Source of the DNA: Minisyncoccia bacterium
GTDB taxonomy: Bacteria; Patescibacteriota; Minisyncoccia; Phycocordibacterales; Phycocordibacteraceae
DNA length: 64,000 nt
Assembly: GCA_038228545.1 (NCBI GenBank)
Contig: JBBRPE010000002.1
Location: forward strand, 22,426-86,425
Direction of reading: 5' to 3'
Each line of letters opens with the position of its first letter. The stretch's first letter is position 1. Made by a program: the position numbers and the translations under genes. The notes beneath the pieces were generated by a model. The model had not been told where the DNA came from. It saw only the letters and a list, made by a program, of their open reading frames with translations, and searched no databases. This document shows, piece after piece, positions 35,942 through 45,456 of this stretch.

Positions 35942-36154
35942 AGGTGCGGATGGGGAGAATGGAGGGGAGAAGTGTCCTGAGATTATTCAGGCACGCATCG
36001 GTCACAGATATTTCCCTGCTGGGAAATTCCGCGACCCCGCCTCGGCGCCGTCGCGCTTGCGGCTTCCGATTATCCACGCACGGCGTCCCACGCCGTGCTC
36101 TATCCGCCCGTCGACAATGCAAAAACGCCCCAGAGGGGCGTTTTTGCTCGACGG
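35942..36154. repeat. tRNA-linked conserved element, copy 3 (downstream of tRNA-Gly-GCC): partial direct tRNA 3'-end copy GGTGCGGATGGGGAGAA (35942-35958), conserved core (35990-36070), inverted partial CTCTATCCGCC (36097-36107), long hairpin CGTCGACAATGCAAAAACGCCCC-AGA-GGGGCGTTTTTGCTCGACG (36108-36152)
   Basis: Aligned by eye to copy 1; stem TTTTCC/GGAAAA of copy 1 becomes TTTCCC/GGGAAA here (compensatory). Confidence 0.55.
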
Positions 36155-36225
36155 TGCGGATAGGGAGAATCGGACTCCCGCCTCGTCCTTGGCAAGGACG
36201 CGTTCTACCACTAAACCATATCCGC
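36155..36225 (-). tRNA. tRNA-Gly (anticodon GCC)
   Basis: Manual fold: GCGGATA/TATCCGC acceptor, anticodon loop TTGCCAA, T-arm GGGAG-TCCGATT-CTCCC, discriminator A; no CCA. Confidence 0.8.
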
Positions 36226-36266
36226 TTCGCGAGGCATCATAGCATACGCCTCGCTACTCTAACCAG

Positions 36267-36338
36267 TGCCTCCGCCAGGATTCGAACCTGGAACGACAGT
36301 TTCGAAGACTGTTGTGATATCCATTTCACTACAGAGGC
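36267..36338 (-). tRNA. tRNA-Arg (anticodon UCG)
   Basis: Manual fold: GCCTCTG/CGGAGGC acceptor, anticodon loop CTTCGAA, T-arm CCAGG-TTCGAAT-CCTGG; no CCA. Confidence 0.8.
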
Positions 36339-36394
36339 AATACCGAAATACTACGCGAGACCTCAGAGAAAGGCTACGTGGTAGTATTTTCTCG

Positions 36395-37855
36395 ATGCAC
36401 TTCTCCATTCCGCTTGAGGTACGCACGGTTACCGATGCCCTGAGAAAGGCCGGCTACGAGGCATATTTGGTCGGTGGCTGCGTCCGTGACCTACTTATAG
36501 GACGAACGCCTAAGGATTGGGATGTAACCACGAACGCGAAGCCAGGGGAGATTCAGGCCATCTTTCCCGAATCCTTTTATGAAAATGATTTTGGAACCGT
36601 TGGTGTAAAGACCGATTCAGAAGATTCAACACTTTCAATCATCGAGGTAACTCCCTATCGAACCGAGACAGGCTACTCAGACAAGCGTCGTCCAGACTCC
36701 GTCGCATTTGGAAATAGCCTCACGGACGATCTGGCCCGGAGAGACTTCACCATTAACGCGATTGCCCTTGATGATTCTAAAGGACAACTTCTTGACCCGT
36801 ATAAAGGACAGGAGGACATTACGGCTAGGGTACTCCGCACCGTTGGCTCCCCTACTGAGCGTTTTGAAGAAGACGCGCTTCGCCTTATGCGTGCAGTCCG
36901 TCTTGTCGCCGAGCTCGGATTTGCCCTTGATGCTGACACTGCAGCTGCAATTAAAGAAAAGGGTCCTAATCTACGATACATTTCACGTGAAAGGATTCGC
37001 GACGAGTTTGTACGTATATTGAATTCAAAAGAGCCTATGATGGCCCTGGTTCTCTGCCAACAGCTTGGAATTCTTGAATATATAGCCCCTGAGCTCACTC
37101 AGGGTATCGGAATCGACCAAAACCAAGCTCACAGTTATGACGTTTTTGGACACCTCATGCGTTCCCTACAACACGCCGCAGATAAGGACTGGGACTTTGA
37201 CACGCGCCTTGCTGCTGTATTTCACGATGTCGCCAAGCCCGAGACACGTCGCTGGTCTGACGAAAAGAAAGATTGGACCTTCCACGGTCACGAGGTTGTA
37301 GGAGCCCGTATGACAAGAAAGGCTTTGGAGGGGCTCAAGTTTCCACGTGAAACTATAGAGCGAGTGAGTAAACTGGTGCGCTGGCACATGTTCTTCTCAG
37401 ACCCTGATCAGATAACCCTTTCGGCGGTTCGACGCATGATTCGGAATGTGGGAGAGGAAAACATTAACGACCTGTTGAATCTGCGTATTTGCGACCGAAT
37501 TGGAACCGGTAGGCCTAAGGAGCAGCCGTTTCGCTTCCGTAAGTACAAAGCCATGGTGGACGAGGCACTTCGCGACCCGATATCAGTTGGTATGCTCAAA
37601 ACTGATGGAAATCGGCTTATGAACGTGTTTCATGTGGCACCCGGCCCACGCATTGGAAATGTACTTAATGCCCTTCTCGAGGAGGTTCTGGAGAGCCCGA
37701 AGTTGAATACGGAGTCTTATTTAGATACCCGAACACATTCCTTGCTAGAACTCAGCGACGACGAATTAAAGAAATTGGGAGATTCAGGTAAGAAGAAGAA
37801 AGAAGCTGAGGAGGAAAAGGAAATAAAGGAAATAATGAGGAAACACCACGTATAG
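36395..37855 (+). CDS. cca: CCA-adding tRNA nucleotidyltransferase with HD domain
   Basis: GGCVRD...DWDV polymerase-beta head, HD motif (HDVAKP); start trimmed to MHFSIPLE to clear tRNA-Arg. Confidence 0.85.
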   Translation: MHFSIPLEVRTVTDALRKAGYEAYLVGGCVRDLLIGRTPKDWDVTTNAKPGEIQAIFPESFYENDFGTVGVKTDSEDSTLSIIEVTPYRTETGYSDKRRPDSVAFGNSLTDDLARRDFTINAIALDDSKGQLLDPYKGQEDITARVLRTVGSPTERFEEDALRLMRAVRLVAELGFALDADTAAAIKEKGPNLRYISRERIRDEFVRILNSKEPMMALVLCQQLGILEYIAPELTQGIGIDQNQAHSYDVFGHLMRSLQHAADKDWDFDTRLAAVFHDVAKPETRRWSDEKKDWTFHGHEVVGARMTRKALEGLKFPRETIERVSKLVRWHMFFSDPDQITLSAVRRMIRNVGEENINDLLNLRICDRIGTGRPKEQPFRFRKYKAMVDEALRDPISVGMLKTDGNRLMNVFHVAPGPRIGNVLNALLEEVLESPKLNTESYLDTRTHSLLELSDDELKKLGDSGKKKKEAEEEKEIKEIMRKHHV

Positions 37856-37858
37856 TTC

Positions 37859-38108
37859 CGTTTCACGTGGAATTTAAGGTCAAAATGGTCTTTTTGGGCC
37901 GTTTTCACGTGAAAAGTACTTAAGACACAAAGAGGCCCTGCACAATGGGCATAAGTTGGTACTTACGTGCATTGGGCAGGGCCTCTGACTATGTTGATGG
38001 TCGACCTCGGTTGAGAGTCTAAAATGGAGCTGGGGCTATGTTTGGTGGCTCTCTGGGGAATTGAGGTCGAATCAACTTCTACTGAACGGTGCGTTTTCAC
38101 GTGGAACT
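37859..38108. repeat. three copies of palindromic motif CGTTT(T)CACGTGRAA (37859-37873, 37900-37916, 38091-38108) plus long imperfect hairpin 37932-37985 in 470-nt convergent intergenic region
   Basis: Repeats read directly; TTTCACGTGAAA is a perfect 12-bp palindrome in copy 2. Confidence 0.45.
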
Positions 38109-38325
38109 CTCCGGGAGGACTCACTTATTTTTCGGGAGATACGCTCCGGTTACGTTAGCCACCGGTTTTTCTACGCTATTCGCTTGATCGAAAGAGCTAT
38201 CAAAGAACTACTTTCCGGGGCACCGTATGAGTCTCACGACCATGCTGCTGCCCCGCTAGAATCCAGTATATTCCTGTCACGGACATTGTAAAGGACAGTA
38301 TAGGTGGATAACTGTCCTTTATGTC

Positions 38326-39120
38326 CTAGAGAGTAATCGAGACAGGGCAGTGGTCTGAGCCCATAGCCTCAGGATGAATTTCGGCAGTCTTTACATGCTT
38401 TGCAAGCTTGTTGGAGACAAATATGTAATCAATACGCCACCCCACATTACGTTCACGTGCGCCACCGAAGTTACTCCACCACGTATATAAGCCGTTTCCT
38501 TCCTTAAACAGGCGAAGTGTATCTTTGAAACCGCCAGCAATTATCTGATCAATACCTTCGCGTTCTTCGCTCGTAAAGCCTTTCTTTCCTTCGTTTTCTT
38601 TGGGGCGCGCAAGGTCTTCCGGAAGGTGAGCTACATTTAAGTCACCGCAAAAAATGACGGGTTTTTCTTCCTCAAGACGCTTCATGTATTCGAGAAATGC
38701 AGGGTCCCAATGCTTGTGGCGAAGATCGAGACGTGACAAATCATCTTTTGCATTTGGTGTATATACCGACACTACATAGAAATCATGCATGTCTGCTGCG
38801 ATAATACGCCCTTCTTCGTTCGGGTCTCCGTAGCTATCGTCCGACAAACCCCATTTCTTTGCGATATCTTCCGGCATGCCGAAGAGCACGTCCTCTGGCG
38901 TCATCTTGCTAAAAATGGCCGTGCCACTGTAGCCCTTACGAGCCTTTGAGGAGCTCCAGAATTCCTCATAGTCAGGAAGATCGAGAGGGGACTGCTCCTG
39001 CTCTGCCTTTGTTTCCTGCAGGCAGAGAATATCGGGCTTATATTTCTTCATAAACGGCATAAAGAGGTCTTTTTTGTGGACCGCCCGAATACCGTTTACA
39101 TTCCATGACACGATACGCAT
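38326..39120 (-). CDS. xth: exodeoxyribonuclease III
   Basis: MRIVSWNVNGIRA..., LCLQET, GDLNVAH, SDHCPV. Confidence 0.9.
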   Translation of the reverse strand: MRIVSWNVNGIRAVHKKDLFMPFMKKYKPDILCLQETKAEQEQSPLDLPDYEEFWSSSKARKGYSGTAIFSKMTPEDVLFGMPEDIAKKWGLSDDSYGDPNEEGRIIAADMHDFYVVSVYTPNAKDDLSRLDLRHKHWDPAFLEYMKRLEEEKPVIFCGDLNVAHLPEDLARPKENEGKKGFTSEEREGIDQIIAGGFKDTLRLFKEGNGLYTWWSNFGGARERNVGWRIDYIFVSNKLAKHVKTAEIHPEAMGSDHCPVSITL

Positions 39121-39141
39121 GCCACTATTCTACGCTATCGA

Positions 39142-40059
39142 CTATTGCTGACGCGAGTGGAAACGTTTATGTACTTCACGTAGATGCGCGTCGGTAACGT
39201 GCGTGTAAATCTGGGTGGTATTGATAGAGGCATGGCCCAGGAGAGCCTGAACACTGCGTATATCAGCACCATTTGAAAGGAGGTCGGTAGCGAATACGTG
39301 ACGAAGCGTATGAGGGCTTACCTTATTGGTTATTCCGGCTTGTGCAGCGTACTTCTTAATGTGACGCTGGATATCACGTGGTGTGATGCGATGCGGTTTG
39401 GTATCGCGGCCATCTACAAAAAGTGCTTCCTCCATGTCCTTACGGGCCTTCAAATAGGCCGTAACAGAGTCCTTGGCAGCAGGCGAGAGAAATACGACCC
39501 GTACTTTCTCGCCTTTTCCGCGTACCGAAAGGTCGTCGCGAGTGAGATCGATGTCTGAATTGAGTGCACAGAGTTCCGCCACACGAAGCCCTGTTGAGAA
39601 AAGGAGCTCGAGAATGGCGGTATCACGCAGTGCTACTTGCTGTTTGCGCGGCTCATCACTTTTCTTAGCTACGTCTTCCGGTGCTTTCATGAGACGTTCG
39701 AGCTCCGCGGAAGTGATGATATCAATTTGGCGCTCCGGAAGCTTGGCGAGCTCAATTCGTTCGGGATTCAGGCCCTCTACACCGCGTTTACGTAAATACT
39801 TAAGGAAAGCGCGTAGGGCAATGAGGTAGTAATTCTGTGTGCGGCGCTTCATGGTCGCGTTTCCCGTACCTGGCTGGCGGTTAAGCCAAAGGCGGAATTC
39901 ACGGATTTTGTCCTCTGAGATGTCTCCAACGCCCTGAATCTTCATTTGTTCAAAGAAAACCGATAGGTAATGGTCGTAATTTTCGACTGTTTTTACCGCA
40001 CGACCACGCTCAATTTCCGTATATTCGAGGAATTCACGCTTCATCTGTACCGCGTCCAT
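39142..40059 (-). CDS. tyrosine site-specific recombinase, XerC/XerD-like
   Basis: N-terminal SAM-like core-binding domain; catalytic R..HxxR..Y context (TLRHVFATDLL...GHASINTTQIYTHV). Confidence 0.8.
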   Translation of the reverse strand: MDAVQMKREFLEYTEIERGRAVKTVENYDHYLSVFFEQMKIQGVGDISEDKIREFRLWLNRQPGTGNATMKRRTQNYYLIALRAFLKYLRKRGVEGLNPERIELAKLPERQIDIITSAELERLMKAPEDVAKKSDEPRKQQVALRDTAILELLFSTGLRVAELCALNSDIDLTRDDLSVRGKGEKVRVVFLSPAAKDSVTAYLKARKDMEEALFVDGRDTKPHRITPRDIQRHIKKYAAQAGITNKVSPHTLRHVFATDLLSNGADIRSVQALLGHASINTTQIYTHVTDAHLREVHKRFHSRQQ

Positions 40060-40252
40060 ACATGAAGTATATCAGCCAGAGTGCGCACAATAAGTCGTTG
40101 TTGCGAGCAAAATCCTAAGGATTTAGTCGCAAAACGCGTGCCAGGTTGTGCAAACGAACAAGCCTACGCACAATCTGGCTTAGAGCCCGTAGATACTACC
40201 CCTGACCAGGCAACACTTGCGTATATTGGCAAGGTGTGGTAAGGTACATCCA

Positions 40253-40519
40253 ATGCTTACGAAACGAGTGAAGACGTCCGTTATTAAGGACGCCGCACGC
40301 CACGATACGGATTCCGGCTCTGCCGATGTCCAGGTGGCGCTTTTGAGCCGTCAGATTGAAGAGCTTACGAAGCACCTCAAGAAGAATCACAAAGATTTTC
40401 ATAGTCGTCGTGGTCTTCTTCAGATGGTTGCCGACCGTCGCTCACATCTTCGCTACCTAGAGAAGAATGACAAGCGTCGTTACACCTCGCTTATCAAGAA
40501 GCTCGGACTCAAGAAGTAA
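40253..40519 (+). CDS. rpsO: 30S ribosomal protein S15
   Basis: MLTKRVKTSVIK...HSRRGLLQMV..RRSHLRYL; start trimmed to MLTKR. Confidence 0.9.
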   Translation: MLTKRVKTSVIKDAARHDTDSGSADVQVALLSRQIEELTKHLKKNHKDFHSRRGLLQMVADRRSHLRYLEKNDKRRYTSLIKKLGLKK

Positions 40520-40556
40520 ATCCGGAGAAAATCTCCGGATACTTCGTTTCTCGTTT
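40520..40556 (+). terminator. intrinsic terminator ATCCGGAGA-AAA-TCTCCGGAT + T-rich tail after rpsO
   Basis: Stem-loop + U-rich. Confidence 0.6.
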
Positions 40557-40722
40557 CGGCGCTCGCTCACCGTATACCATATACGGCTCGCGTAGCTCCT
40601 CACCCGTGCCTCGTCTCCAAAGGTTTTCTCCTAGGATTTGAGCACCAGTGGGGTAAGCAGGTGCTACCATTCTATTCAGACCACTAGTTTGAGTACGAAT
40701 TTAATAAGTTAGTTTATTTTTT

Positions 40723-41235
40723 ATGCCTGTAATCAAGCATCCAGCGCAACGCGTTGGGGTTTTCATAGATACGCAAAACCTCTACCACAGCGCTAAACAC
40801 CTCTATAAATCACGCGTTAACTTCCAGAAGGTCCTCGAAGAGGCCGTGGGAGACCGCATTCTTGTACGCGCCATTGCCTATGTCATATCGACGGAAAGTG
40901 GTGACGAGACAGCATTCTTTGAGGCTCTGACCAAAATCGGTATCGAAACCAAGGTAAAAGGTCTTCAGATATTCTCTGACGGCGCCAAGAAAGCCGATTG
41001 GGACGTTGGTATCGCTATTGATGCCGTTAAACTTTCACCGAAACTCGATACGGTCATCATTGCGTCGGGCGATGGCGACTTCATCCCGCTCATCGAATAC
41101 CTCGATATGCACGGAGTCCAGGTGGAGGTCATTTCTTTCGGAAAGTCATCTTCAGCGAAACTCAAAGAGGCTGCACACGCATTCACTGATATGTGCGACG
41201 ACCCAAAGAAGTTTCTCATCGGTAGTCGCGGATAA
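40723..41235 (+). CDS. NYN-domain (LabA-like) protein
   Basis: VGVFIDTQNLYHS...IIASGDGDFIPLIEYL pattern of NYN/LabA nucleases. Confidence 0.7.
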   Translation: MPVIKHPAQRVGVFIDTQNLYHSAKHLYKSRVNFQKVLEEAVGDRILVRAIAYVISTESGDETAFFEALTKIGIETKVKGLQIFSDGAKKADWDVGIAIDAVKLSPKLDTVIIASGDGDFIPLIEYLDMHGVQVEVISFGKSSSAKLKEAAHAFTDMCDDPKKFLIGSRG

Positions 41236-41320
41236 TTGCTGTCGCGCAAAATCCCGCATACACGTGTATGCGGGATTTTGTAGTTGAGAGGAGCATGAAG
41301 CGGTTATACTTTTACTATCT

Positions 41321-42784
41321 ATGGCCGACGTACCGTCACCAAATCCGTACATTCGCACCTACGCAAAAGACGTGGCAGAACTTTCCGGAAAAGAGCCGCC
41401 TCCTTCGACTATGCCGGCACCAACAGTAACGGCATCGGCGCCCACAATTTCTACACCTCCACCAACTCCTGTGGAAGCACCCGCACCAAAAGTCGAAGTC
41501 GACCCTCAAGAGGTCGAGCGCGAAGCTGTTCTTGCACGCCTACGCGAGCGTGCCCTGAAAGACCCTGTGCACCAAGCACCAATGCTTCCGCCGACTCTTC
41601 CGATGCCACTTCCTATTGCTGACTCGACAGACGAACAAATCCCCGTGACTCCTGCTCCCGAACCAGTTCCCGTTGTGGAACCAGTACAGGTACCAGCTGC
41701 TGTTGTCATACCACCACCACTTCCACCCCCAGTCATACCGGAGCCTTCAACACTTCCACCCCCACCACAGCCCGAACCGCTTGTGGAAGAGCGACCCATT
41801 CTTCCTATCCCAGAACCCGAGCCCCAAAAGCCCGTATCGCTTGATGGTGTGTCTCCAATACACACCTACAAGAGTGATTTCTCCGACCGCATCGATGTAC
41901 AAGGAGCATCTACATTCTCCGTTCTTGCCGCTCAATCAGACGCAGGAACGCTCTCCGCTACACGTGGGGCAGCTCCCACAAAGAAACGTGGACGCGGAAT
42001 TCTTATAGCGGCAGGCGGTCTCATTCTGATTCTTCTTGGGGGAGCGGGCGCGTATGCAGCGTACCGCTATGTCTCAACACGTTCCGTTGTTGCGATTACT
42101 GCTTTGAACGTGCCCTCGCTCATATTCGCTGACGAGCGCACAGCACTTACTGGCGAGGGGACACAGCTTGTACAGGCTATGGCTGCCTCTGCCGAGACTC
42201 CGCTCCCTGATGGGCAGGTGCGCGTGCTCTACCTCACAGAATCGTCCACCACACCGGACAGGAAGACGACGACCATACCACTTGCCGGAGGAAGGCTTGT
42301 TGGGTCACTGCAACTTTCGGCACCGGACATTCTTCTTCGGAATGTGGCTCCGGAAAGCACCGTCGGCATAGTTCACGCCGGCTCTGAGACACGTGCTTTC
42401 TTTATATTAAAAGTCCTCTCGTACGAACGAACGTTTGCGGGCATGTTGCAGTGGGAAGGAACAATGGAATCGGCACTTGCTATTCTCTACCCTGAATATC
42501 CGGCAGCACCGCTTCCTGCGCCGACGATAGCTACGACAACGACACTTATAAAAGGTAAGCGCGTTGTGGCAACAACGACCGTGCAAGCGGCTCCAGTAGC
42601 CACCATTGCTCCGCGCTTTATAGACGAGGTGGCGTCAAACAATAATGTTCGTGCACTCAAGGATGGGGCAGGGAGAACGATTTTACTCTACGGCTACAAG
42701 GACAAGGACACGCTCGTCATCGCGCGCGACGAGCAGGCGTTTGCGGAGATAGTAAATCGTCTGAGTGCGACAAAGCAACAATAA
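41321..42784 (+). CDS. Pro-rich, single-pass membrane-anchored hypothetical protein
   Basis: N-terminal Pro/Val/Glu-rich ~190 aa, TM ILIAAGGLILILLGGAGAYAAY, C-terminal globular region without known motif. Confidence 0.45.
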   Translation: MADVPSPNPYIRTYAKDVAELSGKEPPPSTMPAPTVTASAPTISTPPPTPVEAPAPKVEVDPQEVEREAVLARLRERALKDPVHQAPMLPPTLPMPLPIADSTDEQIPVTPAPEPVPVVEPVQVPAAVVIPPPLPPPVIPEPSTLPPPPQPEPLVEERPILPIPEPEPQKPVSLDGVSPIHTYKSDFSDRIDVQGASTFSVLAAQSDAGTLSATRGAAPTKKRGRGILIAAGGLILILLGGAGAYAAYRYVSTRSVVAITALNVPSLIFADERTALTGEGTQLVQAMAASAETPLPDGQVRVLYLTESSTTPDRKTTTIPLAGGRLVGSLQLSAPDILLRNVAPESTVGIVHAGSETRAFFILKVLSYERTFAGMLQWEGTMESALAILYPEYPAAPLPAPTIATTTTLIKGKRVVATTTVQAAPVATIAPRFIDEVASNNNVRALKDGAGRTILLYGYKDKDTLVIARDEQAFAEIVNRLSATKQQ

Positions 42785-42822
42785 CGTTGCTCGCGACTGC
42801 CCGCGTGCTACAGTAGGGGCCA

Positions 42823-43173
42823 ATGGAAACAACACATTTTCGCGAGCTTTTGGAGGACGAAAAACGCGTACTCGAAGCAGAACTTTCAACTATTGGCCGT
42901 AGGAACCCCAGCAACCCCGCAGATTGGGAAGCGGTACCAAACGAAACGGGACAGGAAGCCGATCCAAACGACCGTGCAGATATCCTCGAGGGCTATGTGG
43001 AAAATGTAGCGATACTGAACGACCTTGAGATTCGTTACAACGATGTGCTCGGCGCACTTGAGCGAATTGAGAAGGGGACCTACGGAGTTTGCACCGTGAG
43101 TGGGGAGACCATAGAACCCGAACGTCTCGCTGCAGATCCTGCGGCGAAAACATGCAGAGCACACATGCAGTAA
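42823..43173 (+). CDS. DksA/TraR-family C4 zinc-finger protein
   Basis: Coiled-coil N-terminus, C-terminal C-x2-C...C-x2-(C/H) context (GTYGVCTVSGETIE...AAKTC). Confidence 0.7.
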   Translation: METTHFRELLEDEKRVLEAELSTIGRRNPSNPADWEAVPNETGQEADPNDRADILEGYVENVAILNDLEIRYNDVLGALERIEKGTYGVCTVSGETIEPERLAADPAAKTCRAHMQ

Positions 43174-43187
43174 CAACAAAAAATACT

Positions 43188-43844
43188 ATGACTACACTCA
43201 CTATTAAGGAATGTCTCGGATTCGGGTGGCGCACTTTCAGGGCACGCCCCTGGTTCTTCGTTCAGGTCGGCGTCGCACTACTTATCGTAAGCATACTCTC
43301 CGGTGTTGTGCAGAGCTTTATTACACAACTACTTGGAACACATACGGGCGGATTCATATCGTTTGTGATTGCCATGGTGATAGACACATTCGTTGCAATG
43401 GGAATTCTTGCGGTATACCTGAAGGCACACGACTCTGTCATGTCACCCTCACTTCAAGAACTCTGGAACCCGGACCCATTCTGGAAATTTCTCGGCGCGA
43501 CCCTCGTGCTCTGTATTATTCTCATGGTCGGATACGTCCTGTTTATCGTTCCAGGACTCATTCTTACGACGATGCTCTACTTCACAACAACACTCGTTAT
43601 TGATAAGAACCTCGGTGCGATTGACGCCCTAAAAGAAAGCGCGCGCATGACGAAAGGGCACCGCTGGCAAATACTCTTCCTCATCCTCGCTATCATCGGG
43701 ATTAACTTACTCGGTGTTGCGGCTCTCGTTGTCGGACTGTTTGTGAGTGTTCCGGTTTCGATACTCGCGATGATTCATGCGTACCGACATCTGGCAGGTG
43801 GGACAGCACAGTCAGCCGACCCCGGCGTAGCCGAAGTCGTATAG
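43188..43844 (+). CDS. polytopic membrane protein (DUF975-like topology)
   Basis: 5-6 TM helices; start set to [14 protein letters not shown]; no catalytic motif. Confidence 0.5.
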   Translation: MTTLTIKECLGFGWRTFRARPWFFVQVGVALLIVSILSGVVQSFITQLLGTHTGGFISFVIAMVIDTFVAMGILAVYLKAHDSVMSPSLQELWNPDPFWKFLGATLVLCIILMVGYVLFIVPGLILTTMLYFTTTLVIDKNLGAIDALKESARMTKGHRWQILFLILAIIGINLLGVAALVVGLFVSVPVSILAMIHAYRHLAGGTAQSADPGVAEVV

Positions 43845-43878
43845 CTTCAAAAAACAGTCTCCGCACGGAGACTGTTTT

Positions 43879-45444
43879 TTGATACGGTACACTGGTGAGG
43901 TGGCAGCTCGCACCACTCCACGCATAGTTGAAACACATGGCTACGGCACTCTTGTCGCAGCGCAACCACTCGGTTCCTCTGCAGAACTCGTTACTATCGA
44001 GGCAGATCTCACGCGCGGGCTTCATTCATTTTCAGTTGTCGGACTGGCGGACAAAGCGATGGAAGAGGCGCGCGACCGTATTAGTGCGGCAATACGCCAT
44101 AGCGGTTTCAAGTCGCCCAAAGCTGAAAACCGCAGGATTGTACTCTCACTCTCTCCGGCCGATTTAAAGAAGGAAGGTTCACACTATGACGTTCCACTTG
44201 CACTCTGCTATCTCGTGGCAAGTGGCAATCTCGTGCTCCCCACTGAGCCAACACTCTTTGCAGGCGAGCTCGCGCTCGATGGAACACTGCGTACGGTACG
44301 TGGCATTTTGCCGCAAGTGATAGCCGCTAAGGCCGCCGGGTTTACTACGGTCTACGTTCCCCCCGGTAACGCAGAGGAAGCCCTGCTCGCAAGCGGTGTC
44401 ACAGTGTATACGCCAGTCTCACTCACTGAACTCGTACACCACCTTACAGGTGAAACACTTCTTGCGCCCCGTGTGCCAACACCGCGTCAGGATTGTTCTG
44501 ATTCGACTACGGACATGTCGCACGTGAAGGGGCAGGAAAGCGCAAAACGAGCGCTTGAGATAGCGGCGGCGGGACGCCATAACATTGTCTTGTACGGTCC
44601 GCCGGGCACCGGAAAGACGATGCTCGCACGAGCACTCGCGAGTATTCTCCCGCCACTTACACCCGACGAAGTGCTTGAGGTGACGGCAATACACTCGACG
44701 GCAGGCATGCTCAAAGGTGGGGCAGTATTCGAGCCTCCGTTCCGCTCGCCGCACCACACTGTTTCTCATACTGCGATGGTAGGAGGAGGTGCATACCCGA
44801 AAGCAGGGGAGGTGACTCTTGCTCATAAGGGTGTCTTATTTCTCGACGAATTTCCTGAATTTGATGTACGCACGCTCGAGGCGCTTCGACAACCACTTGA
44901 AGATAAGACAGTTACCGTCTCCCGGGCCCGTGCGACGATAACATTTCCTGCAGACTGTATGATTGTTGCCGCTATGAATCCGGCAGATACGCTCTCTGCC
45001 GATGCTGAGGTTGCCGTGCGACAAGCTTTGAAACAATCCAGGAAGATTTCACGACCTATAGCAGACCGGCTGGATTTGTGGATAGAAGTCCCGCACGTTC
45101 CACATGAGACTCTCGCAAAGAAAGGAGAAGGTGAGTCTTCAGCCACCGTGCGTGCACGAGTTGCACAGGCACGCTCGCGGGCTGTAGAGCGCACTGCTAA
45201 TCCAAACGCATCAAACGCTTGTCTTTCTGGAAAGGAGCTCGACGAAGCGAGTGGGTTTTCCGGAGAGGCAAAAGAGACTCTCTTGCGTGCAAGTTCGAAA
45301 CTCGACCTTTCTCCGCGTGCGTACCATAGAGTTATGCGCGTTGCCCGAACTATTGCCGACCTTGCTGGGTCGGATTCAGTCGAACCGTCTCACGTCTTAG
45401 AAGCGTTGCAGTACCGTCCGCGCGGTATGTTTGGTTTTGAATAG
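43879..45444 (+). CDS. comM: YifB/ComM-family Mg-chelatase-like AAA+ ATPase
   Basis: Lon-like N-domain, Walker [10 protein letters not shown], Walker B VLFLDEF, C-terminal ChlI domain. Confidence 0.8.
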   Translation: MIRYTGEVAARTTPRIVETHGYGTLVAAQPLGSSAELVTIEADLTRGLHSFSVVGLADKAMEEARDRISAAIRHSGFKSPKAENRRIVLSLSPADLKKEGSHYDVPLALCYLVASGNLVLPTEPTLFAGELALDGTLRTVRGILPQVIAAKAAGFTTVYVPPGNAEEALLASGVTVYTPVSLTELVHHLTGETLLAPRVPTPRQDCSDSTTDMSHVKGQESAKRALEIAAAGRHNIVLYGPPGTGKTMLARALASILPPLTPDEVLEVTAIHSTAGMLKGGAVFEPPFRSPHHTVSHTAMVGGGAYPKAGEVTLAHKGVLFLDEFPEFDVRTLEALRQPLEDKTVTVSRARATITFPADCMIVAAMNPADTLSADAEVAVRQALKQSRKISRPIADRLDLWIEVPHVPHETLAKKGEGESSATVRARVAQARSRAVERTANPNASNACLSGKELDEASGFSGEAKETLLRASSKLDLSPRAYHRVMRVARTIADLAGSDSVEPSHVLEALQYRPRGMFGFE

Positions 45445-45456
45445 TAAAAGAACTGC

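Noticed and set aside
37860-38330. Possible tmRNA or RNase P RNA in the cca-xth intergenic region (GGGGCTATGTTTGG... on plus; ...GAGAGCCACCA on minus)
   Set aside because: No matching acceptor-stem complement was found within 400 nt. There is no T-arm/tag-reading-frame architecture. RNase P CR-I/CR-V consensus strings are absent. The resemblance is limited to short strings.
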